The notes beneath the pieces are model-generated. The model saw nothing but the letters and a program-made list of their open reading frames with translations, was not told where the DNA came from and did no database searches. A DNA stretch of 64,000 nucleotides from an uncultured delta proteobacterium (GTDB lineage: Bacteria > Myxococcota > UBA727 > VGSZ01): assembly GCA_963775425.1 (NCBI GenBank), contig CAVZJB010000007.1, forward strand, positions 192,001 through 256,000, in the 5' to 3' direction. Position 1 is the stretch's first letter. Each line of letters begins with the position of its first letter. Positions 48,046 to 55,626 of this stretch are shown piece by piece. The position numbers were made by a program, and so were the translations under genes.

Positions 48046-49320
48046 ATGGCGAAACCCCCGGCACCCGGCAGCGGCAAGGGGCGCCCCTCGGGCGCGCCGG
48101 GGAAGCACTCCGAGCAACGGCAGAGCGACGCGCGGCAGACCTCTCTCGAGGCCGGCCGCGCGTTGCAGCGCTTGCTCGACTCCGCGCCCGCGGCGCAGGT
48201 GGCCAAGAACCTCGACCCCGCCACCGCCAAGAACGCGGAGCGCGCGCTGGAGATGGCATCGAGCCTCGAGGTGCACGTCCCCGTCGGGCGCGTCACGGAC
48301 GCCGACATCGAGCGCCGCATCGAGGACATCCGCCAGACGCTGTCGTGGGTGCAGCCGCGCGCGTACGGCGAGCACCTTCAGCCGGGCGACGAGGTGCTGC
48401 TGGACCTCCTCGGCTACATGAACGGCGACGTGTTCCTGGCCCACACGGACACCTGGTACACGCTGGTCCCCAACCGCTTCCTGCCGGGGCTGTTCGAGTC
48501 GCTCGTCGGCGCCAAGGTGCCGGACCACCGCATCGTCCACGTGAAGCTCCCCGACGACTACCCCGTCACGCTGCAGGCGGGGCGCACCGCGGTGTTCGCC
48601 GTCAGCATCAAGCAGGGACGCGGGCGCAAGCTGCCGGACCCCGAGGACCCGGCGTTCCTCCCGTTCGTGAACCGCGGCGTGAAGACGCTCGACGACTTGC
48701 GCGAGCAGATCAAGCACGAGCTCGTCACGGAGCGCGCGCAGCAGATGGTGGAGCACGCCAAGCTCCTCCTGCTGCGCGAGCTCTACATGAAGTGCATGGA
48801 CGACGAGGTCCCGATGATGCTCGTCGACGAGGAGCTCACGCGGCGTTGGCGTGACTTCCAGGGCGAGCCGCTCATCCGCCAGGGCGTGTCCATCGAGGAG
48901 CAGAAGAAGTCGGCGGAGTCGTTCGCCGCGGACCAGAACAACCGCAGCGAGGCGCGCCGCACCATCTGGGAGTACCGCATCCTCGAGGCCATCGCGGCGC
49001 ACCACGGCATCGAGGTCAGCGAGGCCAGCCTGCGCCCCGTCCTCGTCGGCATCTTCGGCCCCGACGTCGACCTCGACGGGCTGCTGTACAAAAACCCCGG
49101 CCTGCACAAGGACCTGGTGAAGGGCATGCGCATGCGCCGCGCGTGCGACGTGCTCTTGAAGAAGGCCAAGGTCTACTTCGACGCGCCGCCGACGCCGCCG
49201 GACAAGGCGTACAAGCCGCTCATCCCCGCCCGCGAGCGCCCCAAGACCGAGGAGCGCCTGGTCTTCACCGCCGCCCGCGGCCTCAAGCGCCCGCCCTCCA
49301 AGGGCCCGCCCCGCAAGTAG
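48046..49320 (+). CDS. Trigger-factor paralog (FKBP-like and C-terminal domains) lacking the ribosome-binding domain
   Basis: VTDADIE..GDEVLLD..G..FLPGLFESLVGAK..LPDDYP..AGRTAVFAV..LP..D..F..TLDDLREQI..VP..LVDEE..ILEAIA..IEVS; no GFRxGxxP motif. Confidence 0.8.
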   Translation: MAKPPAPGSGKGRPSGAPGKHSEQRQSDARQTSLEAGRALQRLLDSAPAAQVAKNLDPATAKNAERALEMASSLEVHVPVGRVTDADIERRIEDIRQTLSWVQPRAYGEHLQPGDEVLLDLLGYMNGDVFLAHTDTWYTLVPNRFLPGLFESLVGAKVPDHRIVHVKLPDDYPVTLQAGRTAVFAVSIKQGRGRKLPDPEDPAFLPFVNRGVKTLDDLREQIKHELVTERAQQMVEHAKLLLLRELYMKCMDDEVPMMLVDEELTRRWRDFQGEPLIRQGVSIEEQKKSAESFAADQNNRSEARRTIWEYRILEAIAAHHGIEVSEASLRPVLVGIFGPDVDLDGLLYKNPGLHKDLVKGMRMRRACDVLLKKAKVYFDAPPTPPDKAYKPLIPARERPKTEERLVFTAARGLKRPPSKGPPRK

Positions 49321-49324
49321 CCTG

Positions 49325-49452
49325 CGTCTCACCGAGGCGAGCGTCGGACGAGACGATGGAATTTCATCGTCTTATCGAGCGCACCTTCCGTCGACAATTT
49401 TCGTCTCACCGTATGAGACGATGATTTACATTTCGTCTCATGGCGGTATCAT
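49325..49452 (+). promoter_or_regulatory. AT-enriched promoter with an array of inverted (T)GAGACGA/TCGTCTCA half-sites; -35 TTTACA (49425-49430), -10 TATCAT (49447-49452)
   Basis: AGACGATG-N6-CATCGTCT at 49351-49372; TCGTCTCA-N5-TGAGACGA at 49401-49421; ATGAGACGA-N11-TCGTCTCAT at 49413-49441, bracketing the -35. Confidence 0.75.
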
Positions 49453-49458
49453 CGAGCC

Positions 49459-50892
49459 GTGGAGGAGACGGTGCTGCGCCTCGCGAGCAAGGAGGGCCCC
49501 CTCACCGGGGACCAGGTGGAGGGCGCGCTCGGCGTCTCCCGCGCCACGGCCCGCCGCGTGCTCAAGGCCCTCGTCGACGCAGGGAGCCTGACGCGCCTGG
49601 GGAGCGGGCGCGCCACCCGCTACGTGCTCGCTCCCCGGCAGTTCCATTGGCCGCGCCCGGCGCTCGACGAGCACGAGGCATGGAAGCAGATCGAGCCCGT
49701 CTTCGCGGGCTCGACCACGCTGTCGCCCGAAGAGCTCCGGACGGTCAACTACTGCGTGACGGAGATGCTCAACAACGCGCACGACCACAGCGCCGGGGCG
49801 AACGTCGACGTCGCGGTGCGGTTCGCCCGCGGTGTCGTCGAGATCGAGATCGTCGATGACGGCGTCGGCGTGTTCGAGCGCATCCGCGACGTCCACGGCC
49901 TGGCGACGCTCGAGGACGCCGTGGTGCAGCTCGAGAAGGGCAAGCTCACGTCGGCGCCGGATCGGCACAGCGGAGAGGGCATCTTCTTCACGTCCAAGGC
50001 GGTCGCACGGTTTCGCCTCGAGAGCGACGGGCTGGCGTGGCTGGTGGACAACGAGATCGACGATCGATCGATCGTCGCGCTCGAGCGCCGCCGGGTCGGG
50101 ACGCGTGTGGTCCTCGAGCTCGTGCCCGGCGAGGTCAAGCCCGTCGAGCAGGTCTTCGCCCCGTGGACCGGCGCCGAGGGCGGCTTCACGACGACGCGGA
50201 CGACGGTGAAGCTGCTCGTGCACGGTGACACGCTCATCTCGCGCTCGGAGGCGAAGCGCGCCGTCTCCGGGCTGGAGCGCTTCCGCGAGGTGCTCTTCGA
50301 CTTCGAGGGCGTGACCGCGGTCGGGCAGGGGTTCGTCGACGAGGTGTTCCGCGTCTTCGCGGTCGCCCACCCCGCGATCCGGTTGCGCGCGACGAACATG
50401 AGCCCGGCCGTGGCGTTCATGGTGAGCCGGGCCCGGCCTCGGCTGGTCGACGACGCCGAAGCGCGCGCGCACCTCTCTGCGCGGTACCGCGTGGCGTGCG
50501 CGCGCCTCGATCTGCTCGCGCACTGCACCTCCAAGGACGACGCCATCCTCCTCGCGACCTCCGCGGCGTTCGGCGTCCTCCGCGTCGACGGCGGCTCCGG
50601 CGACGGCGGGGCGCGCTTCAACGACATCGTCGAGCCGCGGCTCGTGGGCGACCTCGGCGCCGCGTGGGCGCTCGCCGAGCGCTCGCTCCGCCTCGACGAC
50701 GTCGCCCTCGCTGAGACGCTCCTGTGGCGCGTCGAGACCATCGCGCGGGGCATCGTCGAGCGCATCGCGGAGCGGCGGGAGCTGTGGACGTGGTTCGACA
50801 GCGATGACCACCTCGCCGCGTTCTGGGCGCTCGACGGGGCCGAGCGCCGGCGCCTGTGGGGTCCGCGTGTCGCGGTCGCCCCTGGCGCGTGA
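49459..50892 (+). CDS. HTH + HATPase + STAS-like (DUF4325) regulator with extra C-terminal domain
   Basis: LGVSRATARRVL..G.GRATRY winged HTH; TEMLNNAHDHS, DDGVG, HSGEGIFFTSK and GT motifs; LISRSEAKR..LDFEGV..GQGFVDEVFRVF; ~145 additional aa. Confidence 0.85.
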   Translation: MEETVLRLASKEGPLTGDQVEGALGVSRATARRVLKALVDAGSLTRLGSGRATRYVLAPRQFHWPRPALDEHEAWKQIEPVFAGSTTLSPEELRTVNYCVTEMLNNAHDHSAGANVDVAVRFARGVVEIEIVDDGVGVFERIRDVHGLATLEDAVVQLEKGKLTSAPDRHSGEGIFFTSKAVARFRLESDGLAWLVDNEIDDRSIVALERRRVGTRVVLELVPGEVKPVEQVFAPWTGAEGGFTTTRTTVKLLVHGDTLISRSEAKRAVSGLERFREVLFDFEGVTAVGQGFVDEVFRVFAVAHPAIRLRATNMSPAVAFMVSRARPRLVDDAEARAHLSARYRVACARLDLLAHCTSKDDAILLATSAAFGVLRVDGGSGDGGARFNDIVEPRLVGDLGAAWALAERSLRLDDVALAETLLWRVETIARGIVERIAERRELWTWFDSDDHLAAFWALDGAERRRLWGPRVAVAPGA

Positions 50893-50904
50893 CGGCGGAC
50901 GCGA

Positions 50905-53900
50905 TCAGCCCTTGCCGTTCTTGGCCATCAGCGCTTCGTCCACCAGCGAGAGCACCTGCTCGAAGCGGAACGGCTTGGAGATGACGAGGTCGACGCCGTG
51001 GCTGCGGGCCTTCTCGGCGTCGAGCGTGGCGCCCCAGCCGGTGACGAGGCCGACGGGGAGGTTGGGGCGGATCTTCTTTATCTCGCTGGCCACCTCGTAG
51101 CCGTTCATGCCCGGGAGGCCGAGGTCGGTGAAGACGAGGTCGAAGGAGTCGTTCTCACGCAGGCGATGGAGCGCCTCGGCGCCGTCGGCGGCGGTGACCA
51201 CCTCGTGGTCGCCGTTCATCAAGATCTCGGCGAGGATCTCGCGGATGTTCTGCTCGTCGTCGACGACGAGGACGCGGGCCTTGCCCTGGGACAGCGCGTG
51301 CGGCGCCTTCTTGGCCTCGGCCTTCTTCTGCGGCTCGTGCCAACGCGGGAACGTGAGGATGAACGTGGTGCCGTGGTTCGGCCCGCTCATCTCGCTCTTC
51401 ACGTCGACGTCGCCGCCGTGGCGGCGCACGATGGAGAGGCTCACCGAGAGGCCGAGGCCGGTGCCGCGCTCGTCCTTGGTAGTGAAATACGGGTCGAAGA
51501 TGCGGTGCACGATCTCCTGCGGCATCCCGGTGCCGGCGTCGCGCACGCGCAGCTCGCACAGATCGCCGAGCACCCGGGTGGACAGCACGATGCGGCCGCC
51601 CTTGGGCATGGCGTCGACGGCGTTGTGCACGAGGTTCACCAGCACCTCGCGGAGCTGGTGCGGGTTGCCGGCGACCACCGCCTCGTCCCCGGAGGGCTCC
51701 ACCACCACGGCGATGGGGCGGCCCTCGCGCGCGGGCAGGTCGCGCCAGCGCGGCTGCGTGAGGTCGACGACGTCCTGCACGATCTCGTCGAGGTCGACGG
51801 CGACGAAGTCGTCGATCTTGTCCTGCCGCCCGATCTCCTGGATGCGCCGGACGGTCTCCGCGCCGTCCACCGCCGCCTTCTCGATGATGTCGGCGTGCTT
51901 GAGCAGCGCCGGATCGCGCAACTGCGACTTCAGGAGCTGCACGCGCCCGAGGATGGAGCCGAGGATGTTGTTGAAGTCGTGGGCGACGCCGTGGGCGATG
52001 AGGCCGATGGCGTTGAGCTTCTCGCTCTCGACGAGCTTGTCCTGCGCGGCCTCCAGGTCTTCGAGCGCCTTGTTGCGCGCCGCGAACAGCTCCGCGTTCT
52101 TGGTGGCGATGGCCACGTGCATACCGATGGATGACAAGACCCCGAGGTCCTGCGACGACAGCGGCTCCGCCTCCGCCCAGCCGAGCCACAGGGCGGCGAC
52201 CGGCTCACCGTCCTGGATGACGGGCACGGCGACGCCCGTGCCCACGCCTTGCTCGAAGAGGACCTCCTCGTAGGGCAACAAGCGCACGGGCTTCCCCGTG
52301 AAGGGATCGATGCTGACGTCGCCGACGCCGCTCGGCGGACGCACGCGCTGGACCGGCGTGCGCTCCGACAGGCAGAGGCCCATGATGGTGTCCTCGACGA
52401 GGATGGGCGGCGCGCTCACGGGCTCGCCCTCGTCGAGGACGTGCAGCGGGACGAAGAAGCGCTTTGCCTCGTCGAGCCGCGCGATCAGGACGCGCATGGC
52501 GCCGAACAGGTGGTGGACGCTGCGCGCCACCGTGAGCGCCACCTCGTTCATGTCGAGGGTGGACGCGAGCGCCACGGCGATCTCGTCGAGGGCGACGAGC
52601 TTCTTGACCGCGCTGCGCTCGGCCTCGAGCAGCGACGCCTTCTCGACGGCGTTCCCGAGCAGCGTGCCGATGCTGATCATCAGCTCGCGGTCGGCGTCGG
52701 TGGGCCTCCTGCCCCGCGCGAGGAAGACGAAGGCGGCGCCGAGGACCTCGTTGCGCACCTCCTTGCCGTCCACCGCCGCGCGCGCCTTCAGGGGCACGAC
52801 GAGGCAGCCGCCGAAGCGCGAGGCGCGCACGACGTCGACGGCGACGCGGTCGTCAACGGAGAGGTCGTCGACGACCTGCACCTCGCCGGTGCGCACCGCG
52901 TGGGCGAGCAGGCTCTGGGCGTCGAGGGGCATGTCGGCGAGCGCGCGGGTGACGCGGTCATCGAGGCCCTGGGAGAAGCGCAGCACCAGCGAGCGCTCGT
53001 CGGGCGCGAGCAGCGTGATGCCGGCGGCCTCGGCGCCGAGGATGGCGGCGATCTGCCTGCAGCCCTGCGCCAGGGTCTCGTCGAGGGCGACGGCCTGGTT
53101 GATGGACGTGGCGACGTCGTTGAGCAGGGCGAGCTCGCGGTTCTTTCGGACGAGCTGGCTCTCGAAGCGCTTGCGCTCCGTGATGTCCTGCATGATGCCG
53201 AGCGCGCCGCTCTTGCTCTCGAACCCGGTGCCCGCGGCGGGCTCGTCGAGCTCGATGTAGGAGATGGAGACCTGGGCGTCGAAGCGCTCACCTCCCTTGC
53301 GCATCGCCACGAATTCATAGCGCGGCTCGACGGGGAGCCCGGCGGCCACGCGGCGGCTGCGCTCGGCGAGGAACGCGCGGCTCTCGGGCGCGGTGATCAG
53401 CTCGGCGATGTTGAAGTCGTCGGCGACGAGCTCGTCGGCGGTGTAGCCGACCATGCGTTGGAAGCGGCGGTTGGTGTAGAGGAAGCGGCCGTCGCGGATG
53501 ATGTAGATGCCGTCGTTGCTGTTGTCGACGAGCATGCGGAACTGACGGCTGGCCTGATCGAGCTTGGCCTCGAGGACGTCGCGCATCATCAACCGGTCGA
53601 CGAGCGCGATGAACGGCTGGAGCGCGAGCGTGGGCGGGACGACGTGGCCGATCGCCCCCGCCTGGGCCACGAGGGCGCGGCGGGAGTCGGCGGGATCGTC
53701 GAACAGCACGATGGCCTGGGGGATGGAGCCGAAGGCGCCGAGCTCCCGCAGGATGGACGCGCCGGCCGTCTCGTCGATGCGGCGCGAGAGCACGAGCAGG
53801 CTCACCGCCTGCGTGGCGCACGCGTCGACGATCTCCGAGCGCTCATGGCAGAGCCGCACCGACAGGCGCGGCGAATGATCGAGCAGCGTCGCGTGGAGCG

Positions 53901-53955
53901 CGTGCGCCACCGGATCGTCCGCGAGGGCAAGGAGGACGAGGGGAGGAGAGCTCAC
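50905..53955 (-). CDS. Hybrid sensor histidine kinase (pseudo-REC, PAS, GAF, GAF, HisKA, HATPase, REC)
   Basis: GVAHDFNNIL, NLVHNAVDAM, DAGTGM, IFDPYFTTK and GTGLGL motifs; C-terminal VLVVDD..TDLGLPGMNG..KPF. The track's 1803-aa ORF has a spurious N-terminal extension. Confidence 0.93.
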   Translation of the reverse strand: MSSPPLVLLALADDPVAHALHATLLDHSPRLSVRLCHERSEIVDACATQAVSLLVLSRRIDETAGASILRELGAFGSIPQAIVLFDDPADSRRALVAQAGAIGHVVPPTLALQPFIALVDRLMMRDVLEAKLDQASRQFRMLVDNSNDGIYIIRDGRFLYTNRRFQRMVGYTADELVADDFNIAELITAPESRAFLAERSRRVAAGLPVEPRYEFVAMRKGGERFDAQVSISYIELDEPAAGTGFESKSGALGIMQDITERKRFESQLVRKNRELALLNDVATSINQAVALDETLAQGCRQIAAILGAEAAGITLLAPDERSLVLRFSQGLDDRVTRALADMPLDAQSLLAHAVRTGEVQVVDDLSVDDRVAVDVVRASRFGGCLVVPLKARAAVDGKEVRNEVLGAAFVFLARGRRPTDADRELMISIGTLLGNAVEKASLLEAERSAVKKLVALDEIAVALASTLDMNEVALTVARSVHHLFGAMRVLIARLDEAKRFFVPLHVLDEGEPVSAPPILVEDTIMGLCLSERTPVQRVRPPSGVGDVSIDPFTGKPVRLLPYEEVLFEQGVGTGVAVPVIQDGEPVAALWLGWAEAEPLSSQDLGVLSSIGMHVAIATKNAELFAARNKALEDLEAAQDKLVESEKLNAIGLIAHGVAHDFNNILGSILGRVQLLKSQLRDPALLKHADIIEKAAVDGAETVRRIQEIGRQDKIDDFVAVDLDEIVQDVVDLTQPRWRDLPAREGRPIAVVVEPSGDEAVVAGNPHQLREVLVNLVHNAVDAMPKGGRIVLSTRVLGDLCELRVRDAGTGMPQEIVHRIFDPYFTTKDERGTGLGLSVSLSIVRRHGGDVDVKSEMSGPNHGTTFILTFPRWHEPQKKAEAKKAPHALSQGKARVLVVDDEQNIREILAEILMNGDHEVVTAADGAEALHRLRENDSFDLVFTDLGLPGMNGYEVASEIKKIRPNLPVGLVTGWGATLDAEKARSHGVDLVISKPFRFEQVLSLVDEALMAKNGKG

Positions 53956-54078
53956 GTCGTGGGCTAACGATGAATGGTTCCGAGGCGCGGGGCAAGTACA
54001 GGGCCGGCGGTCGTCTCGGTCCCGCCCCCGCCGAGATCTTGCGTGCCCCGGGCGGCGGAGGCGGGCTATGCACGAGCC

Positions 54079-55626
54079 GTGGAACGGCTGCACCTCGACC
54101 TGTCCGCGGGCGCGCGCGCCGACATGATCGCCGCCGCGCTCCTGGCGCTCGCCCCCGACGCGGGCGCCCACGCCGCCCACGCCGCGCTCGCTGCGCTCGG
54201 GCTCGACGCCCGCGTCGCCGTCGAGCCTGCGCGCCGGGCGGGCCTGGCGGCCGTGCGCGCGCGCCTCGTCGTCGACGGGGCGGAGCTGCCCGGGAGCGGC
54301 CCCGGCCATGGGGAGCCCCGGCGGGCGGGGACCGGGGCGGCCGCGGGGGCGCGGCGCCCGGCCGGGGGGCGGCACGCGGCGCAGAAGCCCCGCATGATGC
54401 GCTCCGGCCGCGTCCCCGACGACACCGCGGCCAGCGCCGCCGGCGTCGAGGACGGCGGCGGCGGCCTCGGCGGCATCGCCGTCAACCGGCAGGAGCCGCC
54501 GCAGCGCACCCGCGGACAGCCGCCGCCGGCCGCCGCGTGGCTCGCCGGCGCCGACGCGCGCATGAGCGACGTCGTCGACGCGCTCAAGGCGTCGGCCCTG
54601 CCGCCGGTGGCCAAGGCGCTCGCCGTCAAGGCCGCGCGGCGCGCCGCCGACGCGCTCGAGGCCGTCACCGCCCCCCGGCCCGGCGCCGCCCCATCCGCGC
54701 GGCGTGCGTCCGCCTCGCCGCTGCTCCACGGGCCGCACGCGGCGCGCCTCGCCTGCGACCTCGCCGTGTGCGCCGCCCTGGTCGACGCCCTGTCGCCCGC
54801 CTCGGTGAGCGCGTCGCCGGTCGCGGTGTCGAGCGGCGCCGTCGACGACGAGGGCGTCGCGGGGGCCGCCGCCTGGCCCGCGCCGTCGCCGTGGCTCCTC
54901 GAGGTGCTCGCCGGCGTCCCCGTCGTCGAGCGCGATCTGCCCTACGCCCCGAGCGACGTCGCCGGCGCCGCCTTCGCGTGGAGCTGCGTGCACCGCTTCG
55001 GCGCGCGCGGCGTGTCGTCGTCGACCCGCCAGGGCGTCGGGGCGGGCGCCGTCGACGACCCCGGCCGCGCCGCCGTCGCCCGCGCCTTGCTGGGCCCGCC
55101 CACGTGGGTGAAGACCCGGGCGGGCGAGCGCGCCGTCGACGCCGCCGTGCAGATCGAGGCCCGCCTGCCCCTCGACGTCGACCGCCCCGGCCTCGGCCGC
55201 GCGCTGGCCGCGCTCGCGCTGCCCGCTTGCGCGCCCGCGGTCGTCGACGCTTCGGGCCTCGACGGCGCGCGCTTCGCATGTGTGCACATGGCGCTCGACG
55301 GCCACCGCGCCGACGACGCCGCGCGGATCTTGTGGCGCGCCGGCGCCGTCGACGTGAGGCTGCAATGGATCGAGCTGCGCACCGCCGGGGTCATGGAGGT
55401 GACCGTTCCGGTCGGCCGCGGTAGAACCAAGGCGAGCGTCAGGGTGCGCGTCGTCAAAGACGACGTCGGCGTCGCTCGCGTCGAGCCAGACGTCGAGGAC
55501 GTGCGGGCGGCTGCGCACAAGCAGCGCGCGGCGGTGCAGGCGGTGGCGGCGGAGGCGGTCGCGGCGTGGGAGCGGTTGGCGGCAAAGAAGCACGAGGCGA
55601 AGAAGGATCGCGATGAGCAGACCTGA
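54079..55626 (+). CDS. Degenerate LarC-like (nickel-pincer cofactor Ni-insertase, DUF111) protein
   Basis: LHLDLSAGARADMIAAALL resembles the LarC N-terminus; PAPSPWLLEVLAGVPV, GAA, GVGAG and C-terminal EPDVEDVRAAA parallel LarC motifs. The His-rich segment and HFHEVG motif are absent. Confidence 0.65.
   Translation: MERLHLDLSAGARADMIAAALLALAPDAGAHAAHAALAALGLDARVAVEPARRAGLAAVRARLVVDGAELPGSGPGHGEPRRAGTGAAAGARRPAGGRHAAQKPRMMRSGRVPDDTAASAAGVEDGGGGLGGIAVNRQEPPQRTRGQPPPAAAWLAGADARMSDVVDALKASALPPVAKALAVKAARRAADALEAVTAPRPGAAPSARRASASPLLHGPHAARLACDLAVCAALVDALSPASVSASPVAVSSGAVDDEGVAGAAAWPAPSPWLLEVLAGVPVVERDLPYAPSDVAGAAFAWSCVHRFGARGVSSSTRQGVGAGAVDDPGRAAVARALLGPPTWVKTRAGERAVDAAVQIEARLPLDVDRPGLGRALAALALPACAPAVVDASGLDGARFACVHMALDGHRADDAARILWRAGAVDVRLQWIELRTAGVMEVTVPVGRGRTKASVRVRVVKDDVGVARVEPDVEDVRAAAHKQRAAVQAVAAEAVAAWERLAAKKHEAKKDRDEQT

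Noticed and set aside
49325-49470. GAGACG/CGTCTC sites as cloning (BsmBI/Esp3I) scars
   Set aside because: The half-sites extend beyond the 6-mer (TGAGACGA), include degenerate copies and are arranged around promoter elements. No vector sequence is present.
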